A stretch of 64,000 nt of DNA, from NCBI GenBank assembly GCA_002633005.1, contig NMRA01000002.1, forward strand, positions 2,452,369-2,516,368. The letters are read 5' to 3'. The translations under genes were made by a program, and so were the position numbers. The DNA comes from Phoronis australis. Taxonomy: Eukaryota; Animalia; Phoronida. Shown here piece by piece: positions 40,175-53,452 of this stretch (positions are counted from its first letter, which is position 1; every line of letters starts with the position of its first letter). Below the pieces are notes generated by a model. It saw nothing but the letters and a program-made list of their open reading frames with translations, had not been told where the DNA came from and did not search any database.

Positions 40175-41356
40175 CTGAAGACAATGAAGGCACAAAGTTA
40201 GAATTATAAAGCCGTGTCCTGATTCGGGTTAAAGTGTGACATATTGCTGTGCTCGACATATCATAGCCTGAACGACATTTATACCGTGTGCGACAATCAT
40301 GTCAGCAACGACAGATATTGTATATGTCCCCAAGGCGAAATGATATGTGTCGACTGTCACAACATACATGTATGCCACAACAAGGAGCGTGCAATTATAC
40401 TCCCCTTGTTTTCTAGCATGGCACAACTTCACTCACGCTGGACTTGATGACTGGCCGGGGATTCACGCTGTATTTTGAGAGTGAACTGAGTGAAAAGAAA
40501 CATTAATAGTTTACGGGGGGGGGTATTGCATGCCATATGTATAAACACAACACAGAAGCCGCTAGGTCCCGAAAAGAACGATCGTGTCCCCGCCAAAAAT
40601 GAACATTTTAAACCTTTGTTCTAAGTAAAATGAATGCCGCAAAAAGTCTACGTGTGTCATTTGTCTACAATGTGATTGAAAAATGTAATCGAAATTCACT
40701 TCAAAATTCTCGCGTGGTTTTATCCTCTTACAAAAGTATGAAACATGGACGAACGATACGTCCACAGTAGCCAAATTACCCATTAAAGCTGATAGACGTT
40801 TGTAACACAAAGATAGAAAATACGTCATGTCTTGGATAAATTTAATGTGTCTGCGATCATTTTTGTTGTTGTTTTAGAATTCTGCTTCCGTTTAAACAGG
40901 AAATAATCCATTAAGAGGACTGTTTCAGGTCATTTTCAATGGATTAATCACACAGGTACTGCAATACGACTCGAACTCAGCTAATCTTTATGCAAGGAAC
41001 CTGCCAGACGACCTCAACATCATGTTTTTGAAACTGACTATATGTACAGTTTTTAAGTATTGGCACATTTCTGTCAATAGAGACTTTTGTTTTCTGACAA
41101 GCGAATTTTCATGAAAAGTGTTCTCCTACGCTGAGATAAAACATCCCATGATATATTTCAAATTGTCCGGAATTCTTAATGAATATGTTATATGGAATAC
41201 ACTTGTGAATTAGTATGTCGATCCATGATCTCAATTTCGTGGAAATAGGGTGCGGAAAATATGACACAATTACTTTTCGAGGGAGTTCTTCAGCAAAAAT
41301 CAGCCACACGGAACAGTTGACATTAACTGTTTCGACATGTGCATGATTGTACTTAC

Positions 41357-41479
41357 CCGTAAACGGTGTACCCAATAATGACACAATGCCACTAACGAAG
41401 AAACTGATGACGAAGACTTCCACCAGGACGTCCATAGAGAACAGATCGAGCATTAGTTGTGTTGTCACAGCAAAACGAG
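41357..41479 (-). CDS. SLC16/MCT copy B, coding exon 5
   Basis: ttttacag|CTCGT ... ACGG|gtaagt, 123 nt; paralogous to 15861-15983. Confidence 0.92.
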
Positions 41480-42485
41480 CTGTAAAAAAAAAACGGCTGT
41501 AGGTCGGATAGGTCGGGCGGCTAAGTTAATGGTAATCAAGCAAGCAATGATTCAAATATTATATTTTGATCTATCCTTTAAACCATTTGGAAAGTATTTG
41601 CAACTTGACCGGCGTATTGCGTCTACACTCTGCTTCACTTTTGGTGTGGCAAATCGATATTACAAAGATGTCAATAATACGATTCGTCAGACTCAGACAG
41701 ATCCACTGGCGCAGATGCAATTACAGTCAAAGTACACCAATTCATCGTTATCCTACATGTAGCGTATGGTGGGCGGATACAGGGGAGCATGCAGAGGGCG
41801 CGGATCCCTCTGTTTTTACCTCAAGTGGCGATTTATACCGTTTCATACAGCACTATCTATAGACCGCTGAGCTTAGAGATCATGTCACTAAATTTCATTA
41901 TTGGTTTTCTTCTCATTGTTTGTGATAGAACTCCCTTCAGAAGTCTATGGCTTTACTTGGAGCTCTTCTTTTGTGAAACGCTAGAGCAGCCTTTGGGTAT
42001 GTTAACCGCAACCTTGTGTTGACGCGCCAAATTGTTATCATATCGGTGCGTTGGTGATGTAAACTGTGCGGTGGTGCATTTTGTCATGGAACGTGGAAAA
42101 TCTGTATTATGTTGAATAATCGAGTTTATACGATACTACTTGAAATTTTCCCTTGTCTAGTGGGAAAATGGGTTGAAAATACACATTATGGTTAGTATCA
42201 ATGTAAATCAACGAAAAACTAACAATGTCATATTTGTTTTGCTTCAAACAGAAACAAAAAGTGTGTTTAAAAAACCAGTTCAACATTTACACACATGACA
42301 CGACCGAACGTGATTGATTTGTGTTTACCGAACTATTTTTGAGCGCCAGAACTCAGGAAATGTCGTGGTTTTCCACAACACTATGTTTCGTCGTTCTAGA
42401 TGATCCGACCCGTGGACGAGACGTTCACGCCACCTATTGACCTTGACCAAAACACGTGAAAGCATGTCCGAAATTGCCTTGTAAC

Positions 42486-42738
42486 CATGACCACACCCAG
42501 CTTAAACAGTGGGGACACGAACTTTTGAGAATGTGTACCTTTTACTAAGTTTCACGAGGTACGTTCAGAGCTACGAATTGAGCATTCGCCGAATTCTGCT
42601 AGTTCCTGCGCTTTTTAGTGGACCCTCCACAAAAGTACTTTTTTCGGAGTTTTTGTTTCTCTGAGCTGGATTTTTTGGCCCACTTCAACAAATGTGAGGG
42701 CTTGTTTGAGCCCCGAGTCCCCTCTGGGTGCGCGCATG
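42486..42738 (-). mobile_element. MITE family 2 copy
   Basis: gtaac|catgaccacacccag ... ctgggtgcgcgcatg|gtgac. Confidence 0.75.
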
Positions 42739-42986
42739 GTGACAGCGCTAGACCAGATTTCGAAAAGAACAGATCACCACCAATTATGCTTTTTGCCTCT
42801 CTCTTGTAATGAAAAAAGATTTACATGTGACTTCGAGTTTAATTGTGTTAAAAAAAAAACGGTGTCAACTTTTAGTTGGCATTGACAGAATCTCAGACAA
42901 ACAATTAGTGCATGTTGGTAATCAAAATTTCTTGTAACAGTCTACCTGAAACTGCACTGGTAATTTGAACTGATAAACTGATAGAC

Positions 42987-43279
42987 CATGGGCGTATTTA
43001 GGACGGACAGCCCCCCCCCCCCTCCCCTTGGCTGTCGCAAGCAACCAACAGCAACAGCGTGAAGCGTGAGTAACTATAGAGTTCAGTAACTAGGACCGGT
43101 AGGGGATGAGGGGGGTCTCAGATCTCAGAGGAATCGTGTTCCCTATCTTTTTTTTTTAGTCTACATCCCAACCCCGCAACTTTCGGGCCCCTGTGCACAT
43201 ATACATGTACATCATACAATCGCGGTTTGTCCAATCAACATGTTGGGCCCCCCGTTATGGTATCCTAGATCCGCCAGTG
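42987..43279. mobile_element. MITE-like element with 5-bp TSD TAGAC
   Basis: tagac|catgggcgtatttagg ... cctagatccgccagtg|tagac. Confidence 0.7.
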
Positions 43280-43385
43280 TAGACATTATTAATTTGAATG
43301 ACAAATATGAATGCGTATGAAACTAAGCTTCAACTTGATAAGACAAATTTTCAAAGAATATGAAAACAAACAATATTCCACTCAC

Positions 43386-43956
43386 CCATTGAGACTCCAT
43401 ACAACACAGCACAAACGACTAACGCTCCATAGGACTTGCAGTAGCCAATAACAGCCATTGATAATCCACCAATCACAATACAGCCAACATAAATGTATAG
43501 CCTGAAGGGAGCAGCTTGCTTCAGATCCGCCAGCGCTCCCAGCAACAGCCTGAAGATTGTGCTAACGATGCCGATGGTTGATATTAAGAGCGATGCATCC
43601 TGCGGATCAATCCCAATGCTTTTGGCGTAGTCCGGAAGAAAAACAAATGGAACCGAATATCCCAAGCCGTACAGACCGTGTAAGAGATAGATATGGAATA
43701 TTGGGTCTCTCAAAAGTCGTTTGTAGCGGGAGTAATTTGATTGAATCGCTTCTTTTGACAGGTGGTTTCTATCGTCTTCTCGTCCTTTGACATCCTCGTG
43801 TCGAAACACCAATGAAAGGTTGGACGAAAACGTTACTACAATATTTGAGGCATTGGACTTGCTGTGTAGCTCTGTAGTTAGAGATCTTTCCTCGAGTGTA
43901 ACATCTTCCTCCGAGCACTTATCTGCCACATTAATTTTTTCATGGCTAGACAAAAC
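43386..43956 (-). CDS. SLC16/MCT copy B, coding exon 4
   Basis: cattttag|GTT ... ATGG|gtgagt, 571 nt; VPFVFLPDYA...LISTIGIVSTIFR. Confidence 0.92.
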
Positions 43957-44646
43957 CTAAAATGAGGCAGAAAGAAACGTTTCCAGATATGGTTTGAATA
44001 AAAACTCCTTTGGAAACCTGAGTCTCACTACCTCACATCAATTGCATCCAAGATATAAAACATTTTTGAAAAGCTCTACAAATCTACGCAAATAAAATTT
44101 TAAACGCCGTAGCTTGCCAAGGGCACTGCACCTCACCCGCAAGCACCACCAAAACCCTTTTCCTGCATTGACCGACAAACCAGGGAATGACGACGTTGCT
44201 GCAATAACATTGATTTGAATTGAGTAAAGAAAGAAAATTCCGTATCAACTCCGGTACATTTTTCGAAAAAGTGGCAACTAAAAAGCTATTGCAGCATCAA
44301 TCTTAAAAAAAAAAACAACCATTTCAATCAACTATGCGTATTGACCCGACATCACTAATCAAAAGATTATGCGTTAAAGTCGCAGTTAGATAAGCGCTCA
44401 AGGGGTAATGGTCATCTAGGAGATACTGAAATGGATTTTAATTGGCCGACTTGCCCATGCCAAATGACGTCGTATGGAGGTCGCAAGCTATTGTTTAACT
44501 TGCGAGTGAATGCGACGGGCGCGAGCGCGTCGCATGGTTATCGCCTCTGGGACGCTACAATTGTTTAACTTTGTTGTGTCTTTGTTGGATACAACATTAC
44601 AGGTCGCACAGATATCGTACTTTGAGCACTCATCATTCACATACAT

Positions 44647-45375
44647 ACACAAAACGTACCGAGAGTGGCGTACATGAAGTAATATCCCACGAGACATTAT
44701 TCCGCGTATCGACCGAGACCGAAGGAATAAGGTCGAGTGGGATATTACTTCCTGTACGCCAATCGAGGTACGTTCTGTATTTATCCCATGCGCTTTGAAT
44801 CCCTAAGTTTCTAACATTTTTTCGGCAGATTTTTCAAATACTTCACCAACTAAGACTGTTCACATGGCGGATTACATCCTGTATGTATGTACTTGCGCGT
44901 TAGGTTGCAAGTTTTCTCTTGTAAAAGTAACGATTTATTTCTTGAAAAGATGTAGCAAAGATGAAAACAAAGGCAACTGTGCAGTGAACTTGTAACATCT
45001 CCTGGCAATAGTTAAAAAACAACAATATTTGATATTTTAATTTTCTAGGAATCGGCGCCTGAGTTGCAGACGATGTAGTATTCAGCAATTGAAAACTGAG
45101 ACATGAGTGTTTTATAATTAACAGTTTTGTTCCAGATTTTACGTTTAGGACCTGGTTGCATGTCGAGTGTTAGTAACACCGCTGCAACTGTATTACTTTA
45201 AACTATATTCGCAAAGTTTGATGATCGAACCGGCTAAGGACGTCGAGTCGACATTGACCTACCTTTTGAACTTTCCATGTCAGAGGTTGCTGTTGAAGTA
45301 GTGCGGGAGGTGAATACGGAAAACTTTATTACATGGCCGTATTTCCCTCAACAGATTCAACGCGTATGGGATAAA
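44647..45375. mobile_element. Second (inverted, partial) copy of the 14183-15004 hairpin element
   Basis: 44775-45375 is the reverse complement of ~14183-14800; 44647-44780 forms its own long palindrome. Confidence 0.75.
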
Positions 45376-46360
45376 GATAAATGCTTACCATTATCTTTAT
45401 TATAAGAAAGAAAAACAAAGTGAATACGCCTATCTACCGATATCTATGCTACGAGCTTGCGAACTACTTTCCCGCCGAAGCAAATGCTTCATTTGCAAAT
45501 GTTCTGCTATACTACACAATGACGATGAAAAACGTGTGAACTATTACTGAGCTTTGCAGGTGTTGCCTATACCAAGGTTCCATAAAACTGAAGAAAAATT
45601 GTAGCTCAACACTTTCAAACATATCTGAATCTAAATAAACAAACAAACAGAAATCCATCAAAAGAGATGGACATAGTAAGAAGACTTTGCAAATGTAAAC
45701 ATGATGCAGTGCGATGTGTGATATCAAAAACGTACAAAATATGAAGCAGCAATAAACCGGCGCGTTCCGCTTGGCGACTAAAGCGACACGCCGTGACAAC
45801 TTGTAGAGGCTGCTGTCACTTCTTTTCAAGCTCAGAAATCCTATCTATTTAGACTAAGGACAAGTTTGAGACCAGTGGCCTAAATCAAAAATAAAGTTAA
45901 GTAGGACCAACGACTTGTCAGTGCCAGCCAAATATCTTAAAAAACTATAGATTTTAACGTTTCTGAGAATAGGGCATACAGCAAAGTATCTGAAAGATTC
46001 ATATGAATTTGATAAGTCATTTCTGAGATATGATGTTCCGACGTTTGCCAAATTTGGCCATTTTTTGAGAGTCTTGCATAACCTTAATTTGGTCTTTGCG
46101 ACTGAAGGCGAGTTTATAACTGCTTCAGTACCCAGAAATTTCACTCTTTTTCGTTTAAATCTCGTCAACTCCCAAAAAGATAATCTGTCACAAAACGTCG
46201 TCGATGATTTTCGGGATAACACTGCTGATCGAGACGAGGAATTGGTGTCCAAAACGGTTGGGAATATTTAGCTAACTACACTGTAGATGTAGGCCACCGA
46301 GAGCTCTCAACAGGGCAGCATTCATTTCATTTGAAAGAAGATGACACATCCGGGGTCTAC

Positions 46361-46605
46361 CTTTTGTTGTGGAAGTGGTGCAAATGTGGCTCCACAGGCT
46401 ATTCCATTAGCGATGATTCCTCCGACGATGAGAAGTGCTCCTCTCCAGCCGTACATAGCTAAGAGAAACTGAGTAACAGGGGGCATGACAATCATGCCGA
46501 CACCAGCGCCACTCGCAGCCAAACCAGTAGCAAAAGACCTTCGCTTATCGAAGTACCATCCAACACAAATAACGCTTGGAAAGAACATCATGGAGAATCC
46601 CAGCC
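46361..46605 (-). CDS. SLC16/MCT copy B, coding exon 3
   Basis: ctttcag|GG ... AAG|gtagac, 245 nt; YFDKRRSFATGLAASGAGVG, YGWRGA. Confidence 0.93.
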
Positions 46606-49087
46606 CTGAAAGTAATTCATCTTCAAAAGGTGCAGGTGTGCATTATACTATACAGTGTAGGCTAAACCAACTATTGTGTTCTAGCCTGGACTGCAATGCC
46701 TTGGCATTGCCTGCAAACGCCAAACCCGAGTCACGTTTGACTTGGACAGCTGGACTCGCTACTGCCAAATTTTATTCGTAACTTGATCAACGCACGCATC
46801 GCAAAATTTTTAAACTGATGTATACTTGAAGCGTTCCACGAGGTTCATTAATTTTCGAGTCGAGTAAAAAATTTATTGCTACGACCGTTCCCAAAGCGAG
46901 AGTCGAGACTGAACAGCATCTCTTCTGCTTACTAACTTGGCGAAGGTGCACATGATAGACACATAAACACCCCAGTTGACAAAGTTGAATGGTATTGAAC
47001 ACGGTCTACATATTTTCAATTTCTATCCCCATTGTAGTAACGTTAGCTCTGAAATTTATATGTTTATTTATACGACCTCTCTGCTGTTTATATCAGTACT
47101 AATTAGTCGCGTCGCTTCATTTTGAGATTTCTGCAGCCATCTTCAGGTATTACAACAAGCGTAGAAGAATGAGAACGGGCAGACATATTGTGATACACTC
47201 AATACAGAACTGCCGGCCATTCCAGCTCACTGACTATTAAGGTTGATCATGCAGGTATGACCTCTTCCAATGAAAAGTAATAAATAAGTTCGAAAAGAAG
47301 TACCGCGTGCGGGTACCACATACCCGTGTTTGTTTTCCTACTACAACGTTGTAATTAACTCCTGAGGGTAGAGAACAAGCCGAACGAACTTAAAATTCGT
47401 GAAAATTAGTAGTAAGCCTTCAGACCGGCAGGTAGAGCAGTTAGCAAAAATGAACGAAGCACTGACCAACATTTAACTCCAAGACTACTCCAAGTGCACC
47501 CCAGAATGTACAGAAATGAATATCTGCCGGTGTCTGCAACCCGGGTGTGGCTCCTGAAGACTTTCCAAGGGGTCTAGTAAACGTTGAGCTGGATTAGATA
47601 TTCGATGTACCAGACATATCTGACTTACAAATGAATAACAATGCAGCACTGAACACTGAATGCCCCATGGCAGCTGTTGAAAATTCGAGCTACAGTAGAT
47701 TACATGTACATATATCTGTGACTGAGGTAACGGCCCAAACTACCATTGTGATATTTTAATGTCTGACTCCTGGACGATAGTGTATCAGACTAGATATGCG
47801 CGTAGTCTATTGCAACTAATTCCGGATACAGCACACCTTCACCTGAAGTTGCAGAGACCTAAACATGCCACGTACACGGTACAACAATATATTTTTACTG
47901 GTAATCTCTTTTGTCGAAATCATCTCAGATTCGCGTCAATTAACTGAACATTCCCTTCGCCATTTGTATCTTAATGGCTTAGATCTACGAGATCATGTCG
48001 TAAATATGTAATGCGTTTTGCCATTTGAGCAATCAGTATTTTGACTCGTTTTCTCCAGTGCTGTGATTTAGTGCGTTTTTTCACAAAAATTGTTACGGTT
48101 TTAGAAATGATTGGCGTCACAAGAATGAAAGTTGTGTGACGAATACCGAATTTGAAAGTGGTGCAAAATAAGGTTGACTGGCCACTTTGCGAACTTCGCC
48201 CTCTGTGGGAAACACATCATGGAGCCCACATAACAAGGTAACTTCGGCAACACATGATACTGAGTACTTGATTTCAACAGCTTTCAATAGCGAAGGACTA
48301 GCTAACGCATTCCTGATTAAATTCCAATTGTTCGTATACGATTATCGTGTACGACTAATCGGAGTGTTTAGACAATTAAAGAGACATGGAGTACGAAAAC
48401 TCGTAAGCAAATGCCTGTTAATCAGATCGTGACGAATCAACTTCTGGGGATGCTAAAGTGAGAGTTATTAACTTTGAATATTGCAAGAGGTTCTACAAAA
48501 TATGGTCACATGCACTAGCTTTTAAAGACAGAATAAATATAAACTACTTCCATGCCAATACTGTTTTCAAATCCTCCACCCCTTTTTATTTATTTGCGCG
48601 CACGCGATAAACGAAGTCGGACTGGCTGCATATTGAAATCGACATTATTTAGTTTCAATATAAGGGAAGTGTGCCACGTCTAAGTCTTGCCATACCAAAT
48701 AAGAAGCCTTGCTTTGAAGTGTGGAAAAATCGATAAAGTGGCGAGCAGTTGTCAGTTCCTTTTTTGTAAAATTGAAACTGAAGGGAAATGCTTTGACATT
48801 AACAGGAATTCAAAATCTGTAAGGAACCGTGAAAATAGTTGGTGAACAATTTGACTTCTGTTTCAACCGCAGCGAACCACTTTGAAAAATGCAATTTGGT
48901 CTGCTTTTCACGCTCTACATGTATGCCACTTTAAGTGTTCCAACCCTGTCTACTAATTTTTTAGTTAGAATTCGTATCTGTCTTACACCACAACATGAGT
49001 GCGTCGACAGTGTTGAAAAATTTGTTGTATTAGTCGAATAGGAAACACATCAGAGCGCAAGCGTTTACAAGACTGAGACTAACTCAC

Positions 49088-49231
49088 CTGACAAAGCCCC
49101 AAAAGTGACGTACAGAACGTAGATATTTGAGACAAACGTGCTGGAAGCCATGCCAAGAGCCGCTAGTGAAGCGCCTATCATGCAGGTAAGACGACAACCC
49201 CATCTCCGTATCATTAAGCCTATTATTGGTG
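49088..49231 (-). CDS. SLC16/MCT copy B, coding exon 2
   Basis: gttttag|CA ... TCAG|gtgagt, 144 nt; RRWGCR, LYVTFGALSG. Confidence 0.92.
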
Positions 49232-50751
49232 CTAAAACAAGTTTACAGAAATTGAAAATAAACATGGATGTGATTCTATAGCACAAAAACAAAACAAAGC
49301 CAATGCATAATGTGTGCACTGCAAACGGTGTAGGCTAAGGGTGCTAATAAAATTATTTGTTCAAATATTTCCAAAGGGGGTCCATTCGAAAATCAGTCAG
49401 TTCAGTTCTCCTCACTAGGAAAACGTATGCCATATTCCATGAGGAGTTGACATTTTTGGGCTACATATTTCATTCGATCTTGATGCTGGGTACTTGATAA
49501 TACGTGTACCTCTGTTGGCTCCTTTCACTGTGGTTGGAATTGGTCAATGTACATGCCCCATGTAGCGACCAGTGCAGGTCTTCTTATAGTAGACTGGTGT
49601 TTATAGTCACCAACACATTTAGGGAATAGCGGGTTAATGTTAACTTCCACGTCCATACTGAATCCATTTTATGCTTAGTGGAGGCGCTATGCTGTTTTGA
49701 TGATTAAATAACCCCTAGATCATCAGCCAGGCCGTGGCTGTAACATGTGAACGTGTCATTCACATACTATTCCCACCTTTAGGGGGGTGCTTCTTAAATG
49801 ATTAAGGAATAAAGTGAGACCAACTTCATAGTGGTAAATGATCAAAATCTGAAAGTTCAAACTTTCCACGGAAAACGCGTTTATTATCGCCACCCCGTAA
49901 AGATACAACTGTTCACCCCATGCTCTGGTTCGAGTTCTCGTTAAGAAACGGATCCGCGAGATTTTGCGACACAGAGCAAAGCTGCTCCCATGTGATAATT
50001 AATGCTCCATTGCACCGGCCTAAGTAATACCACTGAAGGTTTGTTTGACTGCAGTTGCAATGGCTTTTTCTTTTTCTTCAGTTGTTGTTAACGACTTTTG
50101 TCGATCAAACGATAGAAAAGTTCAACTTTCAATGACGGATTTCGTTTTTAGTACGTAGTGAATAAGGTGGGCGGGAAAGAATGTTGCCACGGAAAGACTA
50201 GCTACTACGGTAGTATTTCAATCTGTAATCCATCTCTGTTCCATAAACCTCAAAAGAAGACGGACATGAAAGTCCAGGCGCTGTGGTAAGTGAACAGTAC
50301 CTACACAGTAATTCCAACCTGTAAGAAGCATTCGTAGTCATCGGTTGCGATATGAGATGCAGTGCCTAAAGCGAAGTAAAACGCTGGTTACACAGGGGTA
50401 AAGTTATATGTTCTAGTGCGGTGGTTAATCTACTCCAACGGCAAGGAGTAAGGAAGAAAATTTTTGTTCATCGGGAGTAGGGAGTATTTTGATGATCTGG
50501 GGCAGCTCAAATTACTTGGGCCCTTAGAATTTATAAAACTTAGGGGTCCCTAGGAAACTGATTCCCGCATTTTACCTGTGTAAACAGTGTTACTGCCGGG
50601 CGATCATTAGTTTTTCACTCTTGGTCTTGTAGTAAGCATGTTTAGAGTAGCAATTAAGCTCTCCTGTCATCCGTTTGATTGACACGTGTACTAGGCTACA
50701 GGGCTAGCAGTATGTCTAAAACATATCTGTTTGTTAGCCTGAAATACCAAC

Positions 50752-50959
50752 CTGATAATAACCAACATCCGCTGTTTATAGACGCCACCCATGACGTTAC
50801 ATTCCGACTGGTTTGGAAATAGTCTAGGAAGACGGTATAAAACACACCGGATGAATAGTTAACGCCGTCAAACAACACGTGGTTTGCAAAGGACGCAAAA
50901 ACAACCAACCATCCCCGACCACCGTCGGGTACGTTGTACGTGACACGAACATCGTTCAT
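50752..50959 (-). CDS. SLC16/MCT copy B, first coding exon variant 1a (proximal)
   Basis: MNDVRVTYNVPDGGRGWLVV...; 208 nt, TCAG|gttggt phase 1; upstream acceptor at 51030-51031. Confidence 0.8.
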
Positions 50960-52331
50960 ACTTTGAAAGTATTTGTCAAATCCGGAGTAGGCGTCAAAGT
51001 GGACACCTTATTTGTGAATCTGTCAAACACTGAAAGTATTACAAGTTTGCAACCACGACACAGCTTGCTTAATGCGTGCTTCTGCATTTATATTTTGCCG
51101 TGAGGAGCCAAGGCCAATTCAAGGTCACGCGCCGGTATGCGGCAACTAGGGTTTTCACGATAGACTGAGAAACTAAATTCAAGTTTAGATGAATAAAAAA
51201 TTTATCGCTAGAAACCGAGGACATGTTTAAAGGCCAATCTCTCAAATTAAAACGCAAAAATATTTGCGGTCATGTCGAAATGAAGTCAAGATTGAACCAG
51301 CTAATACCGGGGGAGGGTGGTGGCATATCCATACTCATAGAGCATTCAAAAACTGATTGAACATTTCATCCCGAGGGGTCGGGGTACCTTTTCCGACTTC
51401 AATTCTTACAAACGATAGCCTCCCGTTCGGTTTCAATTTCAGACGGGCAACGGTTTCCAAAATCCAAGTATCAATCCAGTACATCTGATAAAGACAAATG
51501 CGTCCCGATTCAAGTTTGATTTTTCAGTAACGTTTTAATCACTCTGTGTCAATATCGACTCATGCTCTGCCAGCCACACCAGGCCTAGACGTGTTGCGTT
51601 AACCTACGTGTACATGTATCACGGCGAATACGCAAACGGATATTGCGATAATATGGTGTGGTACCAAGTGTCAGAGCCGCCTGGACACTTTGTGGTCAGT
51701 CCTGTACTGGGATTTTTGTGCTATGGCTGCAAGTGTGTTCAGAATTCCATGAATACATTACAACGTCTTTCCGACTTCTAAGATACAATATCGAGGTGAC
51801 CGTACGAGTGCCAGCCTGTGTCAATCATATGTTTATTCAGTGCATGGTGGATGAAGGCCGGAAACTATTGAAACAAGGATTCGATTGTATGCTACAGCAT
51901 GAGGCTTCAGCATAGTCACGGCATAAAGCGCTTCGACCGTTTTTGAAAAACGCTTCCTCAAGCCGTTGTGAAACGGAAACTCTAGTGGTCGCATCTGGAT
52001 ATGTTGCCGGGGGTAAGACAGTCGCTCAGCTAGTATAAGACTTTTAGCGTAAAAACGGCCAATCCACTCGGAAAAAGTGATCAACGCACAATTATTTCCT
52101 TAGTTAGTTTCGGGTGCAATATTAGTTTATTGAAGGGGTATTGCTCAACTTCAAGAACTTTTGGCGCGAACAGCGCCGATAATACGCTCAACGTTCATGG
52201 TGATCACCTATTTTGAACTTGGGAACTTTTCTGATGCAGATATGCTTAGTTTTTTAATGATTAATTTTTCAGGGAGTTTTCAGTTTGGTTCATGAAGCAT
52301 TTTTAAAAGCAATAGGTGTTTGTAATCAGTG

Positions 52332-52712
52332 ACTACCACCACTACTACTACCACTACCACTTGCACTACCACTACCACTACCACTTGCACTATCACTACC
52401 ACTATATACCATTAGCACTACCACATGCACTACCACTATCACTTGCACTACCACTATCACTTGCACTACCACTACCACTACCACTATCACTACCACCACC
52501 ACTACCACTTAATTGCACTACCACTACCACTTGCACTACCACTTGCACTACCACTACCACTTGCACTACCACTACTATTTGCACTATGCACTACCACCAC
52601 CACCACTTGCTCTATCACTACCACCACCACCACTACCCACTACCACTACCACTACTATTTGCACTGCCACTACTACTGCAACTACCACTGCCACTTGCAC
52701 TACCACTACCAC
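52332..52712. repeat. Degenerate (CACTAC)n / CACTTG minisatellite
   Basis: About 380 bp of cactac/cacttg/caccac units; generates spurious His/Tyr, Val and Thr-rich ORFs. Confidence 0.92.
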
Positions 52713-53247
52713 ATAGTACTATTCTTTGTATTGCGAAGCACCGAGTTGTTTTAGGGTCAAACTACAGTATGTCTTTAACTATTATCGCGCACTTCAAACT
52801 AGTTGAAAGAGTTGAAAGTCCGGGGTGTTATCACTTTTTGATAAGGATTTTATCTCGTTCTCGCCAATACAGGTATACATGTATACTAAACTCCCATAAC
52901 AATCTTTAGGGACCGCAAGCGTCGAGAAACTCTAGTGAAGGAGTAAATTTACTGCCGTAGTTGATTTACTCGAAGGTCCAGAGGAGCGGTGAGGGAAAAT
53001 GTGCGACCGGGAGTGGTGGAAACTTGAGGTGATCTCATTAATTTAGACCCTAGAATTTGTACGAAAGCTTAGGAGGTACTCCGGCACCAGTATCACTGCA
53101 CTCACGACGAGAAAATTCACTGTTCGTTTCCGACTTGCAGCAAGCATGTTTAGATAAGCAATTTTAAACTACTGCTGTTGACTTGATTGACAAGTTTTCT
53201 ACAATGTTAGTAGATACAGATCTGTTTGTAAGCCTAAAAATACCAAC

Positions 53248-53452
53248 CTGAGAATAACCAGCATCCGTTGGTTAGAGACCCCACCCATGATGTCACACTC
53301 CGACTGGTCTGGAAATAGTCTAAGAAGACGACATAAAACACACCAGATGAATAATTAACGCCGTCAAACACCACGTGGTTCACGAAGGAAGCAACAACAA
53401 CCAACCATCCCCAACCACCGTCGGGCGCGATATACTCGACATTGTTATTCAT
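53248..53452 (-). CDS. SLC16/MCT copy B, first coding exon variant 1b (distal)
   Basis: MNNNVEYIAPDGGWGWLVVVASF...; 205 nt, TCAG|gttggt phase 1; upstream acceptor at 53521-53522. Confidence 0.82.

Noticed and set aside
45854-46252. Similar peptides in ORFs 5726-5968 and 45854-46252 (LRKTL..CPNLA..GTSY.RN)
   Set aside because: Similarity comes from a shared non-coding dispersed repeat, not a protein family.
52316-52909. His/Tyr-, Val- and Thr-rich ORFs
   Set aside because: Translation artefacts of the CACTAC minisatellite.
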